Shown here: one piece after another, positions 26,537-40,662 of the stretch
Layout of the letters: every line of letters starts with the position of its first letter
Position numbering within the stretch: position 1 is the first letter of the stretch
NCBI GenBank assembly: GCA_964016885.1
Contig: OZ024740.1
Coordinates: forward strand, 142,724,001 to 142,788,000
Length of the DNA stretch: 64,000 bases
Source of the DNA: Eledone cirrhosa
Taxonomy: Eukaryota
Direction: 5' to 3'
Made by a program: the position numbers and the translations under genes
Notes under the pieces: model-generated
Told to the model about the DNA's origin: nothing
The model's input: only the letters and a program-made list of their open reading frames with translations
Databases searched by the model: none

Positions 26537-27329
26537 TAAATCAGCTCTCTATTTCTAGTAATGGAAATAAATTGGTTGAGATTAAAATTAAATATTACAA
26601 ACATAAAAACTTCGTTAAAATGTTTAATATAATATCTTTATATAGTTTTTACATCATACTTAGAAGTGGTAATGATCTGTGCTCTCCCTTAACTCTTTCA
26701 TTACCATATTTCCAATAAAAGATGCTGCCTATGATTTTCAAATCATAAATTTGGAGGAATTTAGTAATATAACTGACTTTTTAGTTATTAAGCTGGTGAT
26801 TGGAACATAACTTAATAATGTTTCTTACATAAAATTATGTTGGAAGATTTTTAAATAAATATTAGTACTTTAAAACAAACAATTTTTATCATTATATCAC
26901 CAAATATCATCTAGAATGTTATTTGTTTGTGCCTAACCTAAAATATTATTCTGTAACAAAACAGACACTTGTAATATATAATGTCAAATTATTGTTCATA
27001 GCACTTCTCTCTTTGCATAACCCTAATGCACTCTTTCAATTTCCAATACAACAAATTCCAAAGAATTATTTTTTTACATTCTTACGAAATTAGCTATAAA
27101 TATACAAATCCTACTCATTGTCTTCTTGTTCACACTTCGCCTTTCTCACATATATCTAAGTCCTAGTAGATATGTGTGAGAAAAGATGAAATTTTAGATT
27201 CCTATCATACAGTGGGCAAAGTAGATAACCAATAAATTTCAAAATGTAAACTTAAAAATTATCATTATTGTATCTAAAACTCATTTAATAAATTCTATCT
27301 AATTGTATCTAAAACTCATTTAATAAATA

Positions 27330-27427
27330 AAGGTTAACTTTGCCTTTCATCCTTACAGGGTCGATAAAATAAAGTACCAGTAATGCACTGGGTAATTGCT
27401 GGCCTTGTGCCTAAAGTAGAAACAATT
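27330..27427 (+). mobile_element. 5'-truncated SINE with long TSD
   Basis: Core gcctttcatccttacagggtcgataaaataaagtaccag is flanked by ttgtatctaaaactcatttaataaa at about 27303 and 27429. A third copy lies at about 27268. Confidence 0.75.
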
Positions 27428-27834
27428 ATTGTATCTAAAACTCATTTAATAAACTCTCCTAAATATTGTTTAGGTGGATATATTTTTTTATCGTGTAGTG
27501 CATTCTCAACTTAATTTTATAGAATCCCGGAAAGATGAAAGGTGAAATTGACCTCGGCTATCGCCCTCCCCATCCTTGTAATAAAAGTGCCCGCCCCCAG
27601 CTCACTTTTTGCCACTATAGTATACATATTATACCAGAAACATTAGTAGTGCACAATGAACTTAGTGAAGGATTGTTGGCTACACAGAAGATGACTAAAA
27701 ACATCTGTGTGATAAACAATACAATACAATATATGAAAGAACCTGACATGCATGTAAATCCCCCAAGTACCACCAACCAGTTAGGTGGCCCCCCTACCCC
27801 CAAATCTCAGGAAAAAAAAAAGACTGCTATGCAG

Positions 27835-30565
27835 CCCCCTCCCTATCATGTGCAAGACTCCAGATTCGCCACATTAAATTTTAGAACAACAATAAGTGAG
27901 GTGAGATTGTGGAAATATTAGAGAGGACAGAAGTAGGTGTGTGCTGTGTACACGAAGTGAGGTAGAGGGGCGGCTCAGCCAGATTTATTACAGGCAAGGA
28001 ACACTGGTACAAATTCTTCTGGGAGGGTAGCAAAAATAGGGTGGATGGAGTAGGATTGCTCCTTGCTGAGAGATGGGTAGACCAGGTAATTGAGGTAGAC
28101 AGAGTGAGTGATAGAATAATTAAACTTAGTCTAACCTTGAACAATACCACAGCTACTATACTATCTGTGTATGCCCCACAAGCGGGACTTGCCAATGAAC
28201 AAAAAGACCATTTATATGAAGCCCCCCTACAGACTGCCTCAATGACAGACGACAGCAATCTCATAATTGAAGCTGGTGACTTCAATGGACATGTTGGGGA
28301 ACATAGAGGCTATGAGTATGGCACAAGAAATAAGGAGGGGACAAGGCTTCTGGAGTTCTGTGATGCTCTCGACTTAATGATCTTTAACACAAAATTCAAG
28401 AAACCAACAAACCACTTTATTATCTACCAATCAGAGGGAGCATTCAAGTTAAATAGACTTCATCCTCACCAAGAAATAAGACAAGCAAATGATTGTAAAT
28501 ACCAAGACTTTCCCTGGGGAAAATGAGGAAAATGAATGGTATAATGAGGGCCTACCCTATGTAGACCCTACTGAGGGACTAGTCATGAAAGTTGACAGCA
28601 GTATGATAGATAAAGCAATTAAGAAATTGACAGTAAGGAAAGCAGCTGGTCCATCTGGTATAGTTACTGAGACACTAAAAGCCTCTGGCATGGTAGGATA
28701 TGAGCTAATCAGATGTATGATTAACCAAGTAGTACAGGATGGTGTCATACCCAATGACTGGTGCAGCAGTATTTTCATAAATTGCTGCAAATAGCAAAGG
28801 AAATGTACTAAAGAGAAGTAACTACAGATGCATCAAGCTGATGGACCAGGTCATAAAAGTTGCTGAAAGGGTTATGTATGTATGGTCCCATAACTCCTGA
28901 TAGATTCGTTGGGGCACCATATTGTCATACAGCGTTTCTAGGTCATTTTTAAGCCTGGTGGAGCCTATCTCCTCTCCAGGCCTGACTCCAGCAGATTTCT
29001 TCCGGAGAAGGATAGAGAGTGATAGAAAGGAAGTGAGAAAGAGTATAGAGGAAGAATCAACCCCAGTACTTGACTGGTACTTTTTTACCAACCTCAAATG
29101 GATGAAAGGTAAAGTTGACCTCAGCAGGATTTTAACTCAGAGAATTCAAAGAGCTGAAATAAATACTGCAAATCATTCTATCCAACGTTCTAATGACTAT
29201 GCCAATTTGCCCCCTGTGAAAGGGTTATAGCATAGCTAATTAGGGAAAAAATCAAGTTAGATGAGATGCAATTTGAATTAATGCCAGGTAGGGGTTCTAC
29301 TGATACCCTTTTTCTTGTGAGACAACTACAGGAGAAGTACTTAGTTAAGAGTAATTCACTGTATCTAGCATTTGTGGATCTGGAGAAGGCTTTCACAAGA
29401 TCCCACACTCTATAATCTGGTAGGCACAGGAAGATAGGTGTAGACAAATGGCTTCTGAGGGCCATGTATGCCATGTGCAGAGGAGCAACCAACAGAATGA
29501 AAGTTGGCAATGAGTTCAGTGATGAATTTGAAGTGCAGATGGGAGTCCAGCAGGGATCAGTCCTCAGCCCACTCCTGTTTATCAACGAAGCTTCAGGCCA
29601 TCACCAATAAATTTAAAATGGACACTCCATGGGAGCTCCTATATGCTGACAACCTAGTCATAGCTGAATCCGTAGGAAAGTTAGAGGCAAAATTTCAAGC
29701 ATGGTAGAAGAACCTAGAGCTGAAAGTCCTAAAAGTAAATTTAACAAAAAAGGGAAAGTCCAAATAAGTAGAAGGGAGGTAATACCATCAGGAAAGTAGC
29801 TTTGTTAGATATGTCAGAAAGGGGTGGGCAAAAATTCCATAAAGTGCATTCAATATAAACTATGGACGTATATAAGAGATGTAGTGGGATTGCCAGTAGG
29901 ATAACAGAAAAGATAGACTTTATATGTGGCAGAAGCACAGGAGAAGTAAGCACAAAGATCATACATGAAATAGATTCACTCAGCTACCAGGGGGGCTCCA
30001 TAGAAGTTGTTGACAACTTTTGCTACCTAGGTGATCAAATTAGCAGTGGGGAAGGATGTGCTGAAAGTGTGATAGCTAGGATAAGAACAGGCTAGAAGAC
30101 GTTTAGAGATCTATTACCACTGCTAACAAAATACTTTTCTCTCAGAGAGAAGGGTGGACTGTATGGCACCCAAGTGTGAACTGCAATGTTACATGGCAGT
30201 GAAACATGAGCCTTGACTGCAGAAGACCTGCAGAGGCTAGAAGAAAATATATCGAGTATGCTCCAATGGATGTGTAATGTTAGTGTGCATGTGCAACATT
30301 GCAAAATTAAACTAAGAGAAAAACTTGACATAAGAGGAATTGGATGTAGTATGAAAAAGAGAAGACTGCATTGTTATGGGCATGAAAGATAATACCTGCA
30401 TAAAGAAATGTAAAGAAACCCCTGTGGTTGGGATCTGTTGAAGAGGCTGGCCCAAGAAGACATGAAATGAAGTTGTGAAGACTGACCTTAAAAAACTAAA
30501 CCTCACAACAGAAGACCGTGAGGGCTGGTGCTATGCAGTACTGAAGACTCGACCTGCAACTTAGA
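27835..30565 (+). mobile_element. RTE LINE, decayed, internally deleted
   Basis: EN motifs GVGLLL, SVYAPQ, GDFNGHVG. RT motifs AAGPSG, FVDLEKAF, QGSVLSP, WELLYADNL, FCYLG. Confidence 0.9.
28876..29216 (-). mobile_element. SINE inserted in the RTE with 12-bp TSD
   Basis: tgaaagggttat occurs at 28864-28875 and 29217-29228. The RTE reading resumes across the insertion. Confidence 0.8.
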
Positions 30566-30879
30566 ATGTAGCCTGACCTCTCCCCTTCCACTACTGCTCA
30601 CTAACAGATATCCTCAACACCACTGTATCACCCCCTCCCCACACATGTTCCTAGCTGCTGCCCCCTGTTGAAGTGGTTGGTGATAGGAAGGGCATCCTGC
30701 CAAAGAAGGCTTACCAGAAAAAGGGTTGGGAAGACCCTTCAGTCATGTCAAAGTGTGACAGCCTCCCTAGTGTTTGGAGATCTACACAATAAACACACCC
30801 AGTACACACTGTAAAGTGGTTTGTGATAGAAAGAGCATCCAACCATAGAAATGTTGCCAAAGTTGTATCAAAGACATGA

Positions 30880-31834
30880 CAACCTCCCCTGTGCACTCGA
30901 TAGATGTTGAACAATCTGGAAGACCTGCAGGAATGTCACCCCCAGAAATGTGGAGAAAATTAATCACTTGTGTATGAGGATCGTCAGAGGACAATCAACA
31001 ATTTTGCTGATGTTGTTGGTCTGTCATATGGGTCCATGCAGGCAATCCTAACATTTGAATTGAACATGCGGCATGTCACGGCCAAGTTTGTCCCCTGCCT
31101 GCTAACCACTGAGCAGAAAGAACATCACGTTGAAGTCTGTCAAGATCTCTGTCAGCATGCTGTTGATGACCCATCCCATATATTGAAGATTCTCTCCGGT
31201 GATGAGAGTTGGGTCTACAAGTACAACCCTGAAACGAAGCAACATCGACACAGTGAAAAAGCCCTTCATCTCCACAACTAAAGAAGTCACGACAGTTCCG
31301 CAGCTCAATCAAGAGCATGTTCATCATTTTTTCTGACATCCATGGTATTGTGCATTGAGACCATCAATCAAGAGTTCTACTGTAAAGTTTTGAGGCATTT
31401 GAGGGAGAACATTCCTCAAAAGCAACCGGATCTGTGTAGCATGAAGAATTGGATACTTCTTGACGACAATGCACCTTGTCATTGAGCTTTACCCATTCAT
31501 GAGTTTTTCACCAAAAACAACATTGTATCACTTCTGCACCTGCCCTATTCACCAGATTTAGCACCTGCAGACTTCCATCTTTGCTCCAAGCTGAAAATGC
31601 AGCTCAAATGTTGCTGTTTTAACATCATTGCCAAGATCCATAGCGAATCGCAGAAAGTCCTCAACTCACTTACAGAAAATGACTTCCAGGCTGGATTCCA
31701 AAAGTGGCAGGAATGCTGAGACCAGTTTATTGCTGTGCAAGGTGACTATTTCGAAGGAGGTGATATTAAAACTTAGGTAAATATTTTTTTTTTTTAAACA
31801 TAACTAGTCCAGGAACTTTTTGAGACCACCTCAT
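30880..31834 (+). mobile_element. Mariner transposon, 5' truncated and decayed
   Basis: AKFVPCLL, SGDESWVYKYNPETK, DDNAPCH, PYSPDLAPADFHL and a 3' TIR-like end. Confidence 0.9.
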
Positions 31835-33399
31835 GTATATAATTTTTCCATGTGAATCCTTGGGTTACTTAGAATGTATTTAATTCACTTTGATGATGAA
31901 ACTATGCATTGTATAATTACTGAACTCTCAAGTATGAGACACATTCTGTAAGTTACTAATAACAAATAATTCACATTTTGTAAGTTGCTAAACTATATAT
32001 ATATATAATCATTTTTGTATCCACTTTTTCATTCTGATATGAACTGATAGGGCTTTTTGAGACAGTTTTTTTATGAACAAATGCCCTTCCAAGTACCAAC
32101 CATTTTAATCATCTCCTATGACATACAAGGATATGGTGAATTTATTCTAAAAACCAGGATGCATACACTATCACTGGGATACTGTGACTGGTGTACATCT
32201 ATGAAGTAATTATGACATCGCTAATAACTGTAAATGTAGTTAAATATATCCAGCCAAAACTGAAATAAGATTAATAAGCAATAATATTTTACAGGAAATC
32301 AACATTAACATTAGGAAGAAAACTAGGCTTCCAAGATGAACTAATAATTGTACAGTTACCAACTAGTTTTAAAACATTAGAAATAAACCTAATGCTAAAT
32401 TTACAATGTTTGATATCATAGAATTCTATTCTTCAATATCTAAATGTCCACCCTGTTCTCCTCTAAATATATTGTTGATAATCACTTACTATCACTTCTC
32501 TTTAGATCTCTCCACGGATGCACTAGCATAGATGAAATAGATTTTAAAATAATCAAGCATGCCCACAAGATTTTACTCTTTCATAAAAACTCAGTAATGA
32601 TTAGGATGTCAGACTACAAGCTTATTTGATGTCAGTGTGGTACCATATGACCACCCATCCATAGTTTTAAAAAGCTTGTTAGGTAGAAGAACTTTCAACC
32701 TATTCTTTACCAAGGTGGTCACTTACTATAGCTAACAGTGGCTTCAAGGAAAAAATTTCACACATCCCCAATCCCAAACTTTCTCAATCCAAGAATAGGT
32801 CTTGTAAAATCATATTGTTCACATCCCACTGCTCTCTAGACAATGAAACTAGCATAGTAGAGAGATATTTTCTAGTGTCTCATCACTACAAGATCTTTAG
32901 TGAGTGGGGAAAAAGAAATAATTTTAGTATGTTTCATCGTATATCTAGTGAAAGTGATTTTGAAGTGGTTTTGCTGGAAAAATTATGATTTTTATGCCTG
33001 TAAATATGTATAATATATCCTGGAAACAAGTCTGAAATCACATATAGTAACAATATACCTGAAAAGAAAAATAAATTACGTTTACTATAGCTAGAAAAAA
33101 TGCTATACCTTGATATTATCGGTGAATACTGGTACATACAGACAAAGCAAATATATTGGTAAAAATTGGTACAAAGCAATCAGAAAAGTACAATAAATGT
33201 GAATGAATGCCTACAGAATCGGTACATGCATACAAAGCCAATATTTCATTAATATTAGTATACAGTAAGCAACTGGAAAAAACTGAATGCATTCTAATAG
33301 AAATTGATATTTCAGTGAATAGCATATGCTACTTAGCGAGCAGCAAAGTACAGTACAAAAAAAATTATCATAAAGGTTTATGTAATCACCGAGGAAATC

Positions 33400-33790
33400 A
33401 TCATCTTCAGAACTCGGTAGACTAGTGTCCTCAGTGACAGAAAACTCATTGTCACTGCAGGCATCCATAATATCTTTATATCATTGGAATTCTCAACAAT
33501 AGGATCTAGGTCATCAATATTTTCTTCAAGCAATAAATCATCTTCAGTACCATCAATGGCATCTCTAATGGCCCATTTCTTTAAAATTATAATGATTTTA
33601 CGACTAACTTTTCTTTTACAGCATTCCATGAACTTGTTACCCACTCAGGTACTTGTGTAATAGTTAGTCTCTTCCTTCTTCCTGTTAGTATCATTTCAAT
33701 ATTTGAATCCTGCATCCACTTGATACATTTCACCCTTATGAATTCACTGCAAGGGACTGGTTAAGCCTTCTGGTACTACAGTCGAGTCTT
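33400..33790 (-). pseudogene. pogo/Tigger-like transposase C-terminal fragment
   Basis: VVPEGLTSPLQ upstream of AIDGTEDDLL and an acidic tail. Confidence 0.6.
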
Positions 33791-33794
33791 TAGT

Positions 33795-34410
33795 TGTTTG
33801 ACATTTCTCTCATTGGTATGTGATCAAATGACTAGCCAGTTTCATGAAATTGTGATCCAAATGGTTAGTTCATTTGCATCACAGAATTCTAGGAGCCTCA
33901 CTCCCTCTTCATTTTTTTTAGCCATAACAATAGCTGCTATGAATCCATCTTCATACTGTCCAACATGTCCATTGAAGTTGCCTGCCAAGATGATGAAGTC
34001 TCTTTCATCAGTAGCTGAGATTGCCAGTAAAAATTTCTCATAGAACATGTCCTTTTGTTCTTTATTCAGTCTTGCCTATGGTGCATAGGTAGATGTAATT
34101 GTCACCATTCTATTTCCTACAGCAATTCTAAACTTGATAATTCTGTCACTTACTCTAACTACCTCTATCACCTTATCTATCCATTTCTCAACAAGCAGAA
34201 TGCCTACACCACCTATCCCATCGTCATTTCTGACCCAGTAAAGTTTGTATCTATGCTGTTTGCCTGTGAGTAGTCATGCTGAGACACCCCTCCATTTCAC
34301 CTTTTGCACACAGCATACATCCATTTTCTTCTCTCTAACAGTTCCACAATTCCAATTCCACCTGATTTCCCTTTCAGGGTGCCAACATTGAGGGTGGCAG
34401 TCCTAGGATT
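33795..34410 (-). pseudogene. RTE endonuclease fragment
   Basis: TATLNVGTLKGK...VELLERRK; FYEKFL...ILAGNFNGHVG...EGVRLLEFCDAN. Confidence 0.85.
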
Positions 34411-34576
34411 TGTAGCTAGATAGTTAGTGTATATATATATATATATAGTTGTTATATGATTGCAATAAATGCATCCATAGGCGGTATGCCATTTGAGCAC
34501 TCAATGCTCGCGCAGAGCAGAGTATATTATTATAGATTATACGAGGAATCAGTGATGCATCAAAACACAATTTATT

Positions 34577-34670
34577 AACATATTAGATATGTTTCTCCAA
34601 CAATCAGCTCAACATAGGATCTGTTACAGATCGAACCTGACTCTGCATTCACAAGGTCCTCAGATATGTT
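34577..34670 (-). ncRNA. Type I hammerhead motif
   Basis: AACATAT-CTGAGGA-cc...gga-GAAA-CATATC-TA-ATATGTT. Stem I is 7 bp. Confidence 0.6.
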
Positions 34671-34710
34671 TTGCACTTTCGATCGGATGAAATGCTTTGA
34701 AAGCGCAGAA

Positions 34711-34800
34711 TATATCTGAGGACCTTGCAAATGCAGAGTCAGGTTTGATCTGTAACAGGTCCTGCCTTGAGCTGATTGTTGGAGAAACATATGTAATATG
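34711..34800 (+). ncRNA. Type I hammerhead motif
   Basis: TATAT-CTGAGGA-CCTTGCAA...TTGTTGGA-GAAA-CATATG-TA-ATATG. Stem III is palindromic (ACATATGT), with cleavage after A34795. The base of stem II is imperfect. Confidence 0.65.
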
Positions 34801-34906
34801 CTAATAAATTGCGTTTTGATGCATCACTGATTACTCATTATCTATCTATATATATATGTTCCCGTCCCACCCTTGCAAGCAGGGAAAAGCGGACGTAAAA
34901 TGATGA

Positions 34907-36357
<1,451 letters not shown>

Positions 36358-36722
36358 ATATATATATATATACATATATAACATATAAATATATATATAC
36401 ACATAATAATCATCACTGTTTAACATCTATTTTCCACACTGGCATGGATTAGATGAGTTGTCCCATTGTGAGACAAGTCAGATTAGGTGACCATATCTTG
36501 CTCATACAGAACTATTTCTGGCTCTCGATTTCTACAGCTGGATACCCTTCATAACATTAACCACATTTACTGTGTGGACTAGGAGCTTTTTATCGTGGCA
36601 CCAAAATGACCAACTGACAGGTTGGACTGGGTACTTTTTATCACATCACCAGCATGACCACCTTACAGGGTGGACTGGACCAGCTGCTTTTTATCTCTTC
36701 AGCAACACAAACTGTGTCTGAG

Positions 36723-36789
<67 letters not shown>

Positions 36790-36966
36790 TGTAAATGAGT
36801 TCTAGGAAGGGCATCCAGCTGTAGAAATCAAGCCAAATCAATTCCTGTATGAGCAAGGCATGGTCAGCCAACCAGACACTGCCCACAACAGGACAACCCG
36901 TCTAACCCATGCTAGCGTGGAAGAACGGACGTAAAACGGTGATGATGATGATGATATATATATATA

Positions 36967-37650
36967 GTGAAAATAATTGAATTCAGATTTACAGCTTGTG
37001 TAGAAACTTTATTTGCATATTACGATTGTTTCAATATCAATCAGCTCAAGTGTGATCAAGACGATTGAAGCCAAAGTGTACGATAAAGTTATATCTGTAA
37101 TCATACAGCATAGGCAACTAAGACTGCACCAATGTGTATATAGTTATACATAAATCTCATATGGAGACATGTAAACATGCCATAAAATACGAATTTCCTT
37201 GTAAATTGAACAAAATGGTAAACAACTTTAATCGATTTTTGGACCTAATTGGGCCCTCATCGGGTGTGTATATCATCCAATCAACACAAGGAAACATGTA
37301 TTTCATGGGCTTATATACACATTCGTTCTTAACATTATTCTGAAATGGATGCGCTAATGTGCAAGTAATTAGATGTGTATATTTACATACAAATTGGTGC
37401 AGCCTCAGTTACCTACACTGTATGTATTCAGATATAATTTTATCATACACTTCAGCTACTAGTGCACTTCTTAATATATATCTTAAATAATCACCAACAT
37501 GAGCGCTAATTGTATGCAAATTTGTATGTCCATTTCAGAATAATACTAAAAGTGAATGAGTATATACGTCCATCAAATATTAGATATGTATATTTATATA
37601 CACATTGGTGCAGTCTCAGTTTCCCACTCTGTATGTATACAGATAAATAT
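36967..37650. repeat. Complex nested inverted and direct repeats with degenerate hammerhead remnants
   Basis: 37070-37140 is inverted against 37385-37456 and 37596-37645. 37300-37350 is inverted against 37528-37580. CCGATGA-GGGCC..GGTCC-AAAA-ATCGAT-TA lies on minus at 37224-37268. Confidence 0.6.
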
Positions 37651-37769
37651 ATATATATATATATATTATATGTGTGTGTGTGTATATTTATATATATGTA
37701 TATATATGTATGTGTGTATATATGTGAGTGTGTATATATATATATATATATATCAATAAGACAATATAG

Positions 37770-40593
37770 ATCAATAAGACAATAGAGGTAGTTTGAGTTA
37801 GTAATCGAATAATTAAGCTTAGATTAGTTGTAGGCAGGAGACTACTGACAATCATCTCTGCCTATGCTCCCCAAGCAGGCCTAGGCAAAGATGAGAAAGA
37901 CTGCTTTTACGAGCAACTATTACAAACAACCGCAATGTCAGAGGACGGAGACATCGTTATGCTAGCAGGGGACTTCAATGGTCATGTTGGACAGCTCCAG
38001 GATGATTACACTGGGGTACATGGTGGCACGGTTACAGCTCAAGAAATTAAGAAGGCGTGAGACTTCTTGAATTTTGTGATGCAAGTACACTGACTATTTG
38101 CAACACAAACTTCCAGAAACCTGCCAACCACCTAATAACCTAAAAGTCTGGCGAGCACATAAGCCAGATTGACTTCTTATTAGTTAGGCAGCGGGACAGG
38201 CAGATAGTGTATAATACCAAGGCATACCCTGGGGAAGAATGTACCCCACAGCATAGATTAGTCGTTAGTGATATCTCAGTAAGCAAGAGATGGAATGAGA
38301 CATACAGGAAGGTGTGGAGAAGAAAGGTCTGGAAGCTAAAAGACCTTTCACTAAAATACAAATTTAGGAAAGCCCTTCAAGATGTGTATGACGAAAAAGA
38401 AGATGATTTAGAGACGTATGACATAGATAATAACTTGAATTTCTTACGTGACAACTTACTGCAGGCTACTGATGAAACTTGTGGCTGGAGCAGAGCTCCA
38501 ACCAGACAGAGAGTGACCTGGTGGTGGAACAGCACAGTAGATAGGGCCATTAGAGACAAAAGACTAGCATGGAAGGCTTGGGAAAAGGGTGGGAATGGGA
38601 AGAATATACAGCTGCTAAGAGAGAAGCTAGACGTCAGGTGTACTTAGCATGCAGCGAGGCTGAGAGTAGGAGGTTTGCCAATGTTCTGCGATGGGAAGAT
38701 CAGAGGCATGCGGTGTTCCACATTGCAAGGCAGTGTGTCAATGCAAATCAGGATGTTGTTGGAGATAAATGTGTCCGGAACGATGCCGGTGTACTTAGTG
38801 TCACAAATGATCAGAAAAAGGAGGCCTGGAAATGTCGTTATGAGAGACTGATGAATGTGGAGAACGAATGGGAGAGAGAAATTACCCTCAGTAGATCTGA
38901 CAGAGGGACCAGCTATTGAGATTGACGAATATAGGGTCCAAGAGGCGATTAAGGAAATGAAAAATGGTAAGGCTGCTGGACCGTCAGGGATAGTTGCTGA
39001 GATGCTGAAGGCATCAGGAGAAGTAGGCACTAAACTAGTTGCACGCATCATTAATCAAGCTATATATGGTGGTGTCGTGTCATACCCAAAGACTGGTGCA
39101 GCATTATTCTCATAAATTGCTACAAAGGTAAAGGGGATGCTCTAGAGAGGGTCAATTATAGGGGTATAAAACTGATGGATCAGGTTACGAAAGTGGCAGA
39201 AAGGATATTAGCACAACTAATTAGAGAAAGAGTCAAACTAGATGAGGTGCAGTTTGGTTTTGTGCCTAGGAAGAGTACAACAGATGCCCTCTTCTTGGTG
39301 AGACAATTGCAAGAGAGGTTCTTAGAGAAAAATATGCCACTATACTTAGTCTTTGTTGACCTAGAGAAGGCCATTGATAGGGTACCCCAATCTGTCATCT
39401 GGTGGTCCCTAAGGAATCTAGGTGTTGAGGAATGGCTTGTGAGGACAGTGCAAACTTTGTACAGAGGTACTGTCAGTAAAGTCAGGGTAGGAATGGAGTT
39501 TAGTGAGGAATTCCAGATACAAGTAAGAGTACATCAGGGTTCGGTCCTCAGCCCGCTCTTGTTTATTATAGTCCTCCAAGCCATAACAGAGGAGTTTAAG
39601 ACTGGCTGTCCATGGGAACTTCTCTATGCTGACGATCTGGTTCTTTTAGCAGAATCAGTAGAGGAGCTAGAGAATAAATTCTGGCTATGGAAACAGCAGT
39701 TGGAAGCAAAAGGACTGAAAGTGAACCTAGCTGAGACAAAAGTGTTGATGAGTAGAAAAGAGGACAAAACTCTGATTCCGTCAGGGAAATGGCCATGTTC
39801 GATATACAGAAAAGGAAGTGGCATAAATTCTATAAAGTGCACACAATGCAGATCCTGAGTACATAAGAGATGTAGTGGGATAGCAGGCAAACTAACAGGT
39901 AGGGAGAAATACGTATGCAGTAGATGTACAGGGAAATTAGACAGTAGAAGTCGCATTGATAGACACATTTTTCAAATGCAGGGGGGTGCTATAGAAGTGG
40001 TGGATAGCTTCCGGTACCTAGGAGATTAGATTAGCATGGGAGGGGGTGTTCCGAGGCCATAGTATCTAGAATAAGGACGGGTTGGAAGAAGTTTAGGGAG
40101 CTGCTTCCTCTGCTGACAAAGAAGGGTTTCTCCCTGCGTACAAAAGGCTGGTTATATGATGCCTGTGTGAGGAGCGCGATGTTGCATGGTAGTGAGACAT
40201 GGGCAGCAACTGCAGAGGATATGCGACGGCTGGATAGAAATGAGGCAAGCATGCTCCGTTGGATGTGCAGTGTCAATGTGCGTGAACGACCCAGCATGAA
40301 TGTGTTGAGAGAGAAACTGTGTCTGAGAGGGATAGAATGTAGTGTACGGGAGAGGAGACTGAGGTGGTATGGAGGATGACCGATGGGTGAAGAGGTGCCA
40401 GGAAATGCCAGTTGAAGGAAGACATGGTAGAGGTAGACCACGAAAAACATGGGCGGAGGTGGTGAAAACAGACCTCAGATCGCTGAAGCTCACGGTGGAG
40501 ATGACGAAGGACCGTGACAAGTGGAGAGATGTTGTGCTAAATAAGACCCGTCCCACCCTTGCAAGCAGGGAAGAGCGAACATAAAATGATGAT
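37770..40593 (+). mobile_element. RTE LINE, 5'-truncated, EN+RT with frameshifts, (GAT)n tail, flanked by (TA)n
   Basis: AYAPQ, GDFNGHVG, TWWWN, KAAGPSG, FVDLEKAIDRVP, QGSVLSP, LYADDL, RGRPRKTW. Confidence 0.95.
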
Positions 40594-40596
40594 ATA

Positions 40597-40662
<66 letters not shown>

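Larger units (their letters stand above)
34543..34836. mobile_element. Foldback element (arms 34543-34680 and 34699-34836) with hammerheads; PLE pLTR-like
   Basis: Diverged inverted arms of about 138 bp with an 18-nt spacer. A tail lies to the left (34448-34542), and TA runs flank the element. Confidence 0.8.

Noticed and set aside
27265-27455. Three spaced 25-bp direct repeats as a CRISPR-like array
   Set aside because: Spacing is irregular. They are explained by a SINE TSD plus a local duplication in eukaryotic DNA.
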